Positions 12,601 through 24,930 are shown, numbered from the stretch's first letter. The stretch: 64,000 bases of DNA from Nemertoderma westbladi (GCA_032718475.1 JAUCBJ010000270.1:1-64000), one strand, 5' to 3'. Notes: generated by a model from the sequence alone, not told the origin. Program-made: numbers and translations.

Positions 12601-13096
12601 TCACTCCGTTAGTAGGTCCGCATAGCGAGACCTCTAGTATTCACTCAGTTATTAGGTCCATGTAGCGAAACCTCTAGTATTCACTCCGTTATTAGGTCCA
12701 CATAGCGAGACCTCTAGTATTTACTCCGTTAGTAGGTCTGCGTAGCGAGACCTCTATAGTATTCACTCCATTAGTAGGTTCGCGTAGCGAGACCTCTAGT
12801 ATTTACTCCGTTAGTAGGTCCGCGTAGCGAGACCTCTATAGTACTCACTCCATTAGTAGGTTCGTGTAGCGAGACCTCTAGTATTCACTCCGTTAGTAGG
12901 TCCGTGCAGCGAGACCTCTAGTATTCACTCCATTATTAGGTCCGCGTAGCGAAACCTCTATTATTCACTCCGTTATTAGGCCTGTGTAGAGAGACCTCTA
13001 GTATTCACTCCGTTAGTAGATCTGTGTAGCGAGCGAGACCTCTAGTATTCACTCCGTAATTAGGTCCGCATAGCGAAACCTCTAGTATTCACTCCA
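9685..13096. repeat. 40-bp tandem satellite, about 85 copies, in the intron of gene 1
   Basis: Consensus aggtccgcgtagcgagacctctagtattcactccgttagt, repeated head to tail with no unique spacers. Confidence 0.98.
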
Positions 13097-13133
13097 GTTT
13101 TAGTTTCAATCCAGTTTTATAAGGCTTCATACG

Positions 13134-13205
13134 GTGCAAAGGCGAAGTTGGTAGAGCGTTGGACTTGGAATCTCTAGGTACCGAGTTAAATTCCACTTTC
13201 CGGTG
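13134..13205 (+). ncRNA. Degenerate tRNA-derived sequence (SINE head or tRNA pseudogene)
   Basis: A-box-like GGCGAAGTTGGTAGAGCG, B-box-like GAGTTAAATTCC, followed by a T-run. Stems are imperfect. Confidence 0.45.
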
Positions 13206-14324
13206 AATTTTTTGGTAGTAAGCCATTCAAGTAGAAAGTTCAAGAAAGACAGTTCATGTAGACAGTTAGAGACAATCGTGTCTTACAGATCCAATGGGCC
13301 GAGAGCAGGCGAGTATTGTTGAGAGTCAACCATTCCGTAGACTCCTGCTGGTCGGTGGGTGTCCTGGAACGTGAGGGACTGCCGGGCGGGCGGATGCGCC
13401 TTCTTCAGACAGCAGGATTATCAGTGTCTGTTGGTGCTCTGAAATTTCATGATAGACTTTCTCTGCTTTAATTCACATCAGCTAATCATCGGTGGTCCGC
13501 ATTTAATTGGCAATTTCTCGCCGAACATTTCTGTCCGAAACTGGATCGGATCCGATTGTGAATTGAACACTGAACAGTGTGACAAAGCACGGTAACCACG
13601 GTAACCACGGTAACGCCGGAAGGAGTTAAAAAAACGTTTTATTTAAAAATAAAATTGAATAGTAATTATTAGCTATATAATTTGAATTTCATACAATAAG
13701 ACACGTTGGTGAGGCCATCGCCCAACACGTCAGTTCAGATACGCCTTTGCGTAGAAGTACAATTAGAATTAGTGGACCTAGTCGTTCGCCCCTTAGCGGT
13801 CATCAGATAAACTATATAGTCTGTGTGTAAAATTTCTAAACTTTTTATAGACTACATGTGTACCAAGTTTGGTTCCATTTCATTGACTGACTTATTGGTA
13901 GTAATCAGGGACGGATTAAGGGGGGGGGGGGGGGGGGGCAACTGGGGCAGTTGCCGGGGGCCCGTAAGTTGGATGGGGCCTGGAAGTTGGGATAAATTTA
14001 CCGAACATTATCTCACTGATAAAACAACCTCATTTATTTATTAATTTCTGGCTGTTCAATAAATATTTATAGTATATCTCACATATAGCACCATTCAGAG
14101 CACAGTGTCCCATAGAATGTTTAAAGTGTTTTAAAAAAATGTTGAAAGTGTAAAGTAATGCTTGGAGGAAAATGTTAGCAAAAGGGTCGATTTAAAATAA
14201 TAGTAATTTATTACTGTATTTATTACAATTAACATTTAATTTACTTTTCAATTAGATTTATCTGAAATCATTCACGAGTTCAGTAGTCACAAGGCTAGGA
14301 AATTGCTTTTTTTAAAGTAATTGT

Positions 14325-14611
14325 TGTAGTGAGTGAAAGCTCAAAGGATCTAAGTTCAGGTAATCAGTATTGTCAGTTCGGGACTGTACCGGTAGTGAGT
14401 TGTTACTGCTGTACTGCAATACTGCAGTACTGCGATACTGCAGTACTGCGATACTGCAGTACTGCGATACTGCAGTACTGCGATACTGCAGTACTGCAGT
14501 ACTGCGATACTGCTGCTGTTTGTTGTATGTAATGCAGAATACTGGTGTGCGGATCTAATATCATAATAATACTGATACTTAATATATGCAATATATGATC
14601 TACGCAACACA
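14325..14611 (+). repeat. Gypsy 5' LTR (287 bp)
   Basis: Direct repeat of 18727-18949, with a longer actgcagt/actgcgat tandem tract. Confidence 0.95.
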
Positions 14612-14659
14612 AGCTAACCGGGCGTTGTTAGTGCTATACCGGTACCGAGTATTATTATA

Positions 14660-15583
14660 ATGGCGCCTAAGATATCAGACTACGTCAGCAAGTACGACGG
14701 AACGAGCGACCCGTGTGCATGGTTAAACACGTTTAATGATATTTTTGAAATATTAATGATTGAATCGAAACTAAACGAAGAGAGTCGAGCGACCTACTTG
14801 CGATTATGCTTGAAAGGGGCAGCTCACGATGTAATTAGCCAATTAACAGAAACTGAGAAAAGTGATATTGATGTGATTTGTCACAAGTTGATCGAGGCAT
14901 TCGCAGATACCGCTTATACAGCATACGAAAAGTTTAAGAATCGAACGTTGCTGGGAAACGAAACAGCTGACACATATTTAGCTGACTTACGGCGTTTGAT
15001 ATCTTTGTTTACCGAGGATACAAAAAGTAAATGTGTGAGTGACATACTTGCAGTTCAATTCGCGAATGGACTCCCAGATAGCGTACGTAGCGAAGTTAAG
15101 GCGATGGCAGGTAAGGTTGCAATCGAGGAGCTATTAGGTCAAGCGAGATGAATGTTAGCGGAACAACAAGTCACTGTCGAGAGATTTGGTGCTTTGGGAA
15201 TTCGCGGTTGGCAAAATCGCGGGAGAAGTGGAATGGGAGGAGGATCGGGCATTGGTCGCGGTGCCAGTGCGAATTATGGGTATGGTAGCAGTGGGCGTGG
15301 CAATGGTAACGATGGACGATGCTTTCAGTGCGAGCAATTTGGACATTTTGCACGTGATTGTCCAAACAGTATTCGAGGAGCAAGGGGAGGAAATAGCGAT
15401 GCTTGCTTTAAATGTGGTGAACCCGGTCATGTTGCTAGGGGTTGTCGTGGTGGTGGACGTAATAACACTACTGGTGGAAATTCTGGAGTCCTGGGAAATA
15501 GATGGCAGGGTAATGGTGATGCTCAGTCGGGAAACGGGAGGCGAGGGCCGTTGCAGCCAACGGACGGTTCCTCGCAAAATTAG
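14660..15583 (+). pseudogene. Gypsy gag with an in-frame TGA at 15149-15151
   Basis: Capsid-like YDGTSDPCAWL region, two CCHC knuckles, Gly/Arg-rich region. The two listed ORFs are in the same frame. Confidence 0.88.
15529..15575 (+). promoter_or_regulatory. Programmed -1 ribosomal frameshift site
   Basis: Slippery heptamer G GGA AAC in the gag frame, then a GC-rich structured stretch. The -1 frame reads into the protease motif LIDSGCS. Confidence 0.75.
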
Positions 15584-18573
15584 AGAACATTGTCCCAGTT
15601 GTTAGCATGCAGGTTCGGGATGAAACAGGGAGGGGGTTTAAAGTAAACACGCTTATAGATTCTGGCTGTAGCTAATCTCTGGTATCCTATCAATGGTGTA
15701 AACAGAGAAATATCTGCGTAAAATATTATTCTGAAGAAAACAGGAAACATAATATTGTAATGTTAGATGGCGAGTCAGAGACCCAGGTGATTGGCGAAAT
15801 TGTTATAAACATTGATAAAATAGATGGTATTGTGCAACAACTTTCAAACACTTTTCTAGTTATTTCAAAAATACTGAATGGAGAGATGGTAATTTTGGGG
15901 TACGATATCATAAAGCAGATGAGTCAAATTATGTTGATAAAGGTGCTTCATGGAAAAACCAACCAGTGTGCGCTGAACGAAATGGTAGGCGGAGCTGCCA
16001 AGATGAGTGATGTTGTTGTAAACTCACCACCATTGACTGCTGTTAAATCAAGAGTTGAACCTATAATCGAATTGAATGAGTCGGATTTCCACTGCACATT
16101 CGATGGTAAGGACTGGATAGCTGAGTTTAAATGGAAAAATGGACAGATTCCAACGCTGCATAACACCGTGACCCAGTATAAAATTCGTCCCGATCATCAA
16201 GATATGTTTGAGAAAGCAATGGAAGAGTGGATCGATCAAGGTTGGATTATTGAGTATGATCCACTTCAACATGGAGAAGTGAAGGGAACATTACCGATCA
16301 TGGGTAAGCATGAGCCGAAGAAGGAGCGAATTCGTCCTATATTGGACTATAGAGAACTTAATCGTTATATTGAAAACTCTCCAGGACGTGAAGCTGCGGT
16401 GTGCGGGGAGAAAATGCGTATCTGGCTCCGTATGGGAAGTAAAACTGCTATTGTAGATTTATGCTGGGCGTATATGCAAATTAAAATAAGTGAATCCTTG
16501 CGAACCTTTCAAACTGTGGTCTATAAGGGGCGTCGGTACATTGTGACGGTTATGCGATATGGGATGGCACCTGCTCCAAAAATCATGGACCGTGTGGTCG
16601 AGACAGTTTTGGCTGAGAATGAGGAAGTGGGTAACTCTAGTGCTAATTTTCGGGATGACATTTATATTAATACAGATCGTATTTCGGCAGATAAAGTTCG
16701 CATGCACTTAGCTGAATATGGGTTGATAACAAAACCATCAGAACCAATTCAAATTGGTAGTCGAGTACTTGGATTACGTATCACCGAGGATCGAAATGGT
16801 AGGTTGTTATGGAATCGAGCCTCTGAGATACCTGATAAAGTTCCTGATAGAATAACGCGACGTGATTTATATGTGTTGTGTGGTAAATTGATTGGCCACT
16901 ACCCGATATCAGGATGGTTACGGCCCGCTTGTGCGTGGCTACAAAGATGCTGCAGTGGTATTCCATGGGATTGTGTAGTGGACGACAGCATACAGGTAAT
17001 GATGAAAGAAACAGTGGAACGCTTAAAAACTGATGATCCAGTGACAGGAGAGTGGGTGGTTCAGTCTACAACCCGTGGTGTGGTGTGGACTGATGCAAGT
17101 TCAATCGCAAAAGGAATCATTATCGAGATTGGTGGTACAACAGTGGAAGACGCTGCTTGGTTACGGAAGGCAAACGATTCCAGTCACATCAACGTTGCTG
17201 AGCTTGACGCAGCTATCAAAGGCTTGAATTTAGCTATAGATTGGGGCCTAAAAGAAATAGAATTGATGGTCGATTCGAAGGTGGCATTCAGTTGGTTAAC
17301 TGATTCTCATCGCATTAAAACTAAGGGACAGTCGAGAAAATTAATCACTAGACATCTAGACCTGTTAGCAACCACAATCAAAGAGTTTGAGCTCACTATT
17401 CATCCTTATCTAATCGGTACGAATGAAAACAAAGCAGATCAGATGACTCGGGTTCCCAAGACATGGCTAAAACAAAATGTTGAAGAATGCGATGAAGATA
17501 CAACTATACAAGCAGACGTTGCAGCTGTTACTGATATACGTGATAGAGTTACTGAGATACATCAAATATTTCATCCTGGAGTGGAGCGCACAACCGAATT
17601 GTATGCTCAAGATCGTGAATTGAACAGCCAAGTGAATAAAAAACTCATTAGAGAGGTCTGTCATCAGTGTCCCCAATGCAGCAGCATCGACCCAAGTCCT
17701 CTTCATTGGGACGCAGGTTCCACGAAAGTAAAGCATGCATGGACCCGATTATCAATAGACTTTGTCGAATATGGAACTCGCCATTATCTCTCTGTCAAAG
17801 ATTGTGCAACGAGCTATACAATAATTCGGCGTGTTGCGAATCTAACTGCAGCCAGTGCAATCTGGCAACTGCAACAGATTTTTACAGAAATGGGCCCCCC
17901 GGATCAAGTTATTGCGGACCATGGCCCAGTATTTTGGAGCACAGACTTGCAAGAATTCATGAAGTTGTGGGAAGTACAGTTGTCATATGCATGTGCCTAT
18001 CGCCCTCAGGGCAATCCTGTTGAACGAGTACATCGAACTGTCAAGGCCTGGGCTGCGCGATCTGGTAAAACACTGGAACAGGCTGCTTTCTGGTTTAATA
18101 ACACCAAAGGGAGAAACAAAGACACGACGCCAGCTGAGACGTGTTTCCGAGGTTTCGCAGAACGTAGATCAAAGTTACCTGGAATCACCCCTGTTGAAAT
18201 TGCAGTAGACACAACAGTGCCAATGCACAAAATAGCACCTGGTGATTGGGTATATGTTAAACCGGGTAGCCATGTGAAGTGCTGGAGACAGTGGAAAGGT
18301 CCAGTTCGTGTAGACTCGGTGGACAACTGGGCAGTGGTAATTAAAGGAGTAAGAAGACATTTTAATGATGTCAGAAAAACATGTGAACCAGAAAACATCT
18401 ACCAACCAGAACGTGACATATATCATAGTATGGAAGGCGACAATGGCAGTGATGACGATGATAGCGAGTATAAAGACGAAGACGATGACTCTCATGATGA
18501 GGTAACTGCTAGGCCAACAACGCGCATCGGTCGTCAAGTACGCCCCCCCTCAAGGTATATTGAAGAGTGTTGA
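15535..18573 (+). pseudogene. Gypsy pol (PR, RT, RNase H, integrase) with a TAA at 15673 just after the protease DSG motif
   Basis: LIDSGCS; RPILDYRELN; YGMAPAP; FRDD; WTDASS; HINVAEL; H-x3-H and C-x2-C zinc motif; SIDF, ADHG, ERVHRT. Confidence 0.9.
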
Positions 18574-18726
18574 ATAATAGTGGTACTTTGCGAATTATTT
18601 CGAACTAACCTGAGAACATTATCATATGGCAGCGCATGACTACCAAACTAAAACTGAAACTATGGCACACTTACAGTACATTATATTAAATTAAAGTTTT
18701 GAAAAAACTGGGGGGGGGGGGGGGGG

Positions 18727-18949
18727 TGTAATGAGTGAAAGCTCAAAGGATCTAAGTTCAGGTAATCAGTATTGTCAGTTCGGGACTGTACCGGTAGTGA
18801 GTTGTTACTGCTGTACTGCAATACTGCAGTACTGCGATACTGTGATACTGCTGCTGTTTGTTGTATGTAATGCAGAATACTGGTGTGCGGATCTAATATC
18901 ATAATAATACTGATACTTAATATATGCAATATATGATCTACGCAACACA
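18727..18949 (+). repeat. Gypsy 3' LTR (223 bp)
   Basis: Direct repeat of 14325-14611, follows the poly-G PPT. Confidence 0.95.
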
Positions 18950-19684
18950 ATTGTTGTCTAATTGATTTATTTACCAATATATTTTCAAAATTATATCACA
19001 ATCAAAGTCACACATTATTTATCACTATGTCACTAGTCACTACCCAACGCGTGTCAGTATGTCAGTCGTATTTGGATGGTGTAATTTTAGGAAAAAAAAT
19101 GTTATTTAAATACAGTAATATAATATATGACTATTTTTCGATAAAAAAAAGTAAGCGGAACTCACCGCTTTTTTTCACTTTTGCGACTGCAGAAAATCCA
19201 TAATCCGTCCCTTGTAGTAATGTCCAAACATGTTCGACAACAACGACGACAGACGGGTCCACTAATTATACCCCTACGCTAAGGCTAACCTCGACTTATG
19301 TGGCTCGCCCCACAACGGCGAACTTTACAATGGGGTGGAGCCTTCTATCACTAAACTAATTAAGAAAGTGCATTTTCTTTACATTAATGAAAGGAACAGG
19401 TTACAGTGTCTTCTAACCAAAACAATAAACTAACCTTTATTTAAAATACGACCAATTTGCGATGTCGCTCACTTATTTCACTTGCGGTCAATGAGAAGGC
19501 TGAATAATAGTAATAGTTATAAAATACGTAACTTTGTTTGGTTTCACAGTTTTTTGAAATTTATCATTTAATGAGCTTCTCGGTGTTCCAATTGTACCTC
19601 CACCCGCGGTTGTTAACATTACTATCAATAAGGTAATAATCATTCAATCATGATAACTATTAAAAATTTTTGTTTGTTTTCCAG

Positions 19685-19871
19685 ACATAGCTACCTATAT
19701 GATGTTGTTGAGATTCTGTTTCACATTTGGGCTTCATTTCCTGTGTCAATAACCTTCATCTGTTTGACCAAGTACAAGTTCCATAACGGCCTCTACATGA
19801 GCTTAATCGGATTCTTTATACCTATTAACGTCTTGTCGTTCTTGTTTTATAAAGTGTTTTTTGCGAAGTAA
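19685..19871 (+). CDS. Host gene 1, coding exon 2
   Basis: Polypyrimidine acceptor ttttgtttgttttccag|A is phase-compatible with the exon 1 donor (AG+A = Arg). Encodes two more hydrophobic helices and a TAA stop. AATAAA near 20125. Confidence 0.7.
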
Positions 19872-20339
19872 AAATATTGTTGTTATTATATCAAACAATT
19901 AATGTATAATACGCGTGGATTCTCATTATAATGAACCTTGACCAATAATATTGTTTCATTTTCTCATCGAAAAGAACCTTGAACCATTGTGGTAACAGTT
20001 CTGTTTGTATTAACATTTTGTTAAAAATGCATGCTAGCTAGTTTTTGCTTATTTGTATTCTAGAACATGTTAGCTAGAACAGGTTTTAGTAATATTTCCA
20101 GTATTATTACAAGAGATTATACGAAATAAAATTTTATTTATACTTTTGTAAACTCTCGACCTTTCATAACGCTGTAAGGAATGGAGAAAATAGGTGAAAT
20201 CACGTATGGATTATTATACCAACAGTATTATTAGAAGAGTAGACTTAGACTAACGTGTGATATTATTCTAGGCAGTAGAACATTGGGTTATGGTTGATAC
20301 AGGGCTGCATGAGTAAGCTAAAACGTTTGGAACATTGGC

Positions 20340-20690
20340 TATACTAGTGTCTATGGATACATTGCTTTGCTGGACATTGTTTTTACCGTGAGGACTAGCC
20401 TGTGCACAATCTTGGGCTTTGGCAGCCCCATGGAGAAAAGAAGCATGATGGACAGCCCCTGACTTTCCTGAGACACTGCCCATTGAAGATGCGGAAAATC
20501 TCGCGAATGACATGGGGGATAGGGAGTAGTGGCGGTGCAACTTTGTTAATAAGCCGGCAAAGCATTCCTAAAGCACGCTGCATTGGGCTTGCCAATTGTG
20601 GATTGCATGGTGGTGACAAAATGTTTTTGTTAAGCTGGCATAGCATCACAATGTGCAGTTTCAATGCAGCAGGCCGATTATAGTAGTAGT
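20340..20690 (+). mobile_element. 5'-truncated RTE-clade LINE 3' end
   Basis: VHNLGLWQPHGEKKHDGQPLTFLR matches the C-terminus of the LINE at 62606-62962. Ends in (TAG)n. Confidence 0.8.
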
Positions 20691-22302
20691 TGCTTAGGAA
20701 TAGTCGGTCTGCTATTAGTATGCATCCAACTGCACTAGCGCGCGGACCAGTTGTTGTAGCTCTTACATTAAGAAGTAAACGGATGAGTGCTGTGTTGCTG
20801 GCCAAACTCATGCTGTACTGAGTACTGATAAGACTTGACGCGCTAAAAAAATCGCTCTAGAATCCTGTCGATAACATAAATGCATATCGAACAAAAATGC
20901 TAAAGACATTGCAAAAATTATGAGTTTATTTCATTGGAGCTTTTATGTTTTTGCTGCACACGCTAACTGCATATCGAAATCTTATATTTTTATCAGAGAA
21001 CTATTCAACTTCTGTGCGCATAATTGTTTGTCCGTTGCCCGGCATCGGTTGCCGTAATCCTAAAGCTCCTATTGGTTGCTATATTTACACTGTTCTTGCG
21101 CCCTATTGGCTGTTCTATTCTACAGTGCGTGTATATTACTCGATGTTCATCCCATTATATTCAGGCATAACCTGACAACATCTTAACCTTATTACCACTG
21201 GGGGGGGGGGGGGGGGGGGGGGAATCGGCCCATTCCTAGTTTTTAGTTGCTGTAACTATGCAACCACATTACGTACAGGCCCAATTTTTATTGAGAATTA
21301 GCCAAATTTAATGCCGCATCTTTTGCAAAAAACCACGTTGCAATCGGATTTCTACTTTCTTTTCGATGTGGGTGCAACCTCAAAATTTGGTCTCCAGCAC
21401 CAAATTTTTTGAAATTTTCGAATTTTACAAAGTCATTCGTGATTTAGAAATTGTTTATGTTTGGGCTATTTTTATTTATTTTTATTGGTTTGGATCACTC
21501 TAATGCTCTATACAAGTATGTAAGTGTAGTGGTACGTCATTTTTGGAGCACCAAAATTAGGGCGTGGCACTTTAAAATTTCAAAATTACTTTATTCGAAA
21601 AATTTACTAAAGTTTTGATTTCGAAGCATTTTTATTGGTTTTTTCTGGAGTGCTGAATCGATTGAAAGTAATATAGAAGCCTGAAGACTTAGTGGTTCGC
21701 CATTTTTGGTGCACCAAAATTAGGGCGTGGCACTTCAAATTTTGAAAAATACGAGATTCGGAAAATACACTAAAGTTTCGATTTCGAAGCATTTTTATTG
21801 GTTTTCTGGAGCGCTGAATCGATTTAAAGTAATATAGAAGCCTCAAATCCTTGGTGTACGTAATTTTCGGTGCCCCAAAATTAGGGCGTGGCACTTCAAA
21901 TTTTCAAAATTACTTTATTCGGAAAAAACACTAAAGTTTTGATTTAAAAAAATTCTTCTATATTACTTTCAATCGATTCAACGGTCTAGAAAACCTATAA
22001 AGATGCGTTAAAATAAAAAATTAGGGGCATTTTCTGAATATCGAATTTTTCAAAATTTGAAGTACCACGCCCACTTCACACGTGCACGAAAAATAGCATC
22101 TACTTCAATTTTTGGAAATGGAATATAATCACATTCGATTCAGCGTCTTGAAAAACCTACTAAATCAAGCCAACACTGCCTATGCGAAGAGACAGTAACA
22201 ATACCTGCAATATCTTACTGTAAAGTTTGTGAATCAAATCATAATCAGACCTTCTAACCAAAACAGTAAACTCCAAGTAAGCGAATATATATATATTGCA
22301 GT

Positions 22303-23518
22303 TGTTCGCGCTTTTAGACCTTTGGCAGTTTAACCCGCCAAATTAGGATGTCTTCTAGATAATAAATCACTTTTAGTCTATGACAAGTATTTGATTCACT
22401 ACACTAGTCGAAACCAATCTGTGCGCGATCATTCACCCGCTGGATATTCCCGGGAGATTGGGTTCGACGGTTTAATTTTATTGCTATGTAAGCCTAATGT
22501 ATTATTCGACTGACAGTATTATATAATCTCTGACAATATTATTCACCTTCGGGGAATATTAACAGTTCCTTTAGGACGTGGCGCTTTATCTATATAAACA
22601 GAGTTATGACTTAAACTACTCACAACGATATGGCTTAATTATAATTCACATATATGGCGCATTCTTTAGGAATTGCTTCTTTAACAGACTCACTCATACA
22701 CAATGCTGCACAATACTGCACACTAATCTGCCAATCTTCACTGATTTTAGTCACATATAAAAGGAACACAGACTGACTCATGTAGGGTCTATCAAATAAC
22801 ATTAGATTCACTTCAAACCACTTTAACATAAGTCACAATCGTTATTGGTAACCTTTCTCTCTTACCTTCGGTATATCAAGAATATTGGGTTTTCGGGGTT
22901 ATTTCTCGTTATTCCAATATAATAATTCATCAACCAATATAATGAATAACCGACAACAAATAGCAGTACACAGTATCGATTGAGCAGGTAATTTTAGCAG
23001 TTTCAGCAGTTATTAAAAGCCGTGTGTCAGCAGTCAGTGTATTCCCAGATCAGTGATTCCATGAGTTAAAGGATATATGCCCTTATAATTAAACCTACTA
23101 GTGTAAGACTAAAAACTGAAAACACGGAGGTGCCAAAAGCCGGTTCTTAGGCTCTGGGCAAAAACATAACACTGAACTACTGAGTTTCTGTATATACCTC
23201 CAACACAGAGACAACAAACGCTCTGATTGGTCAACCTGAACAACGAGAGAACAAAGAAACAAAGAAACGTCGACGTGGCAATATCAGCTGCTAGCCGTCG
23301 TCATGGTAGCGACACTGTTTTCAAAGTATCCAGCTATTGCGTCACGAGATTGTGGATTATGTCCTCTAAAGTACAAATACAGTACAAATACATAAGAAAT
23401 GACTTTTATGTCCTCTAAAACACCAGTACAGCAAGGACACGGCCTTTTTATGCCTGGCAAACCAACTACAGAGTACTTTAAGGGAAAATAACCGGCTAAT
23501 TACGCAAAAGCTTTTACA
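22303..23518 (-). repeat. 3' LTR of element B
   Basis: Direct repeat of 36919-38134. Confidence 0.97.
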
Positions 23519-23596
23519 CCGCTCCCAGAAAATGGGATTTAAGTCTATAAAATATAACAAATCACAGTTTCTAAAATATAAAGATACTCTAAACAG

Positions 23597-24930
23597 TTAG
23601 CCTTTCTTACGCAGACGGCGTTTACGCAGTTTTTTGAGGCTAGCAAGAGTCCTTTTCTCTTTGGGGGGAGCCACTTTACTAGGAGGGCCATAACTCCTGG
23701 GTGAAGGGTGCAATATGATTGCATTAAAAGGTTTGGGTTTACGGTCGGTGTCTCGTCCATTTCGATATGCTTCTCCTCGAGCTGATTTTCCTCCGCTTGT
23801 CATGGGATACGTTCGTCCAAAACTCTCGCAGAGAATAGGGTTTTCTAAGCTTGATATCTTCTTTGAGATTCGAGGTTTCCCAATCGAACTGAGATAAGGC
23901 CAATTCGTTTATCGATTGGACTTACTGTTATAACTTACGTTTATCTGAACAAACGCAGGTTTCTTTTTTGATCTTTATAGAATAGCGTTTAACTCGTTTC
24001 GTACAACGCTCTCCTTCACCTTGATGAAGGGTTGTATCGCGTTAAACGGGACGACCATACGGTTGGATAGTGATATTAGGTGTCTGCGTCATAATCCAGC
24101 TAGGTAAGATGGGCGGCTAGCTAGAAATCACTGTCGGAGTGTTACCGATTAATTGTTAGGGTAGCACTAGATCTTGAACAGTGAATACCGTCCGCGAGGA
24201 TCCGCGACACCACCAGGATCGCAGGTCTGAGGTCCAACTAAGGAATGAGGAGGTTTGACCGAGTATTCCGGGACTCTGATCGTAGGTTTACTCTAGGATC
24301 GTTAGAGCCGAGTGAGCATAGGTGATACGTCAAACAAGTTTCGCTCGAAACTCCAGTAAATATAACGAACACAACTGTGTTTAACACAACGTTTCCGTGG
24401 ATGTTTATGTCTTTCCGTTTATTGGCTGGGTCTAGGGCATTTACCGTAATAATACCAAAGACGCACGTCTGGTAGGGGAAACGCGGATGATATTTATTTG
24501 TTGTTACAATGCTTCTATCAAGAATTCCAAATATATGTTGGAGTTACCGCGTTTATTTGTTTCTTTAATGTCTTTTCTTTCGAGCCGATTTCGAATAGAA
24601 TTTTCGCATTCGAATTTCAGTTTATGGTTCCGACTCCGCTGGGCAGGATATATAGTCGACATAGTCCGTATTGTGTAAATTGATAGAATGACCAGTAGTT
24701 AAGAAGCCCATATACGTACCATTACGCTGCGTATATCGAGCGGTGAATTTCTTATAGTCCAACTCACGCGTGAGCTGCTCTTGGGACATTGGCGGTTCGA
24801 TATAACGACCATCATCCTTCGTAGTAGTTGGACTAGTATCACCGCGTATCAAGCTATCAACAAACGTTTGAAAGTAGAATATATCGTTCCCCGATACCAA
24901 GACCATCTTCTATCAACTCCGTCATATCTG
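23597..24930 (-). pseudogene. Fragmented accessory ORF2 of element B
   Basis: YIEPPMSQEQLTRELDYKKFTARYTQRNGTY aligns with D ORF2 YTEPLMSPVEVSERLHYHTFMNRYTNIDGSY. Several frame breaks. Confidence 0.6.

Larger units (their letters stand above)
14325..18949 (+). mobile_element. Full-length Ty3/Gypsy LTR retrotransposon
   Basis: TG...CA LTRs at 14325-14611 and 18727-18949, 5-bp TSD ATTGT, poly-G PPT at 18710-18726, gene order gag-PR-RT-RH-IN. Confidence 0.95.
13906..19213. mobile_element. Non-autonomous hAT element (about 0.7 kb native) carrying the Gypsy insertion
   Basis: TIRs CAGGGACGGATTA...TAATCCGTCCCTT and 8-bp TSD GTAGTAAT (13898-13905, 19214-19221). Confidence 0.9.
13694..19330. mobile_element. 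Short non-autonomous Helentron/HINE-like repeat, interrupted by the hAT MITE
   Basis: Terminal imperfect hairpin, 12-bp subterminal inverted pair aattagtggacc (13767-13778) / ggtccactaatt (19256-19267), short acg/gaca microsatellite. Family assignment is inferred from structure only. Confidence 0.4.

Noticed and set aside
9685-13096. CRISPR array
   Set aside because: Units are head to tail with no unique spacers, there are no cas genes, and the context is eukaryotic.
14329-14612. Cys/Tyr-rich short ORFs
   Set aside because: They are translations of the LTR tandem repeat in several frames.
15149-15151. Programmed stop-codon readthrough in Gypsy gag
   Set aside because: It lies mid-gag before the zinc knuckles, a -1 frameshift site already explains pol expression, and a second nonsense codon exists; a point mutation is more likely.
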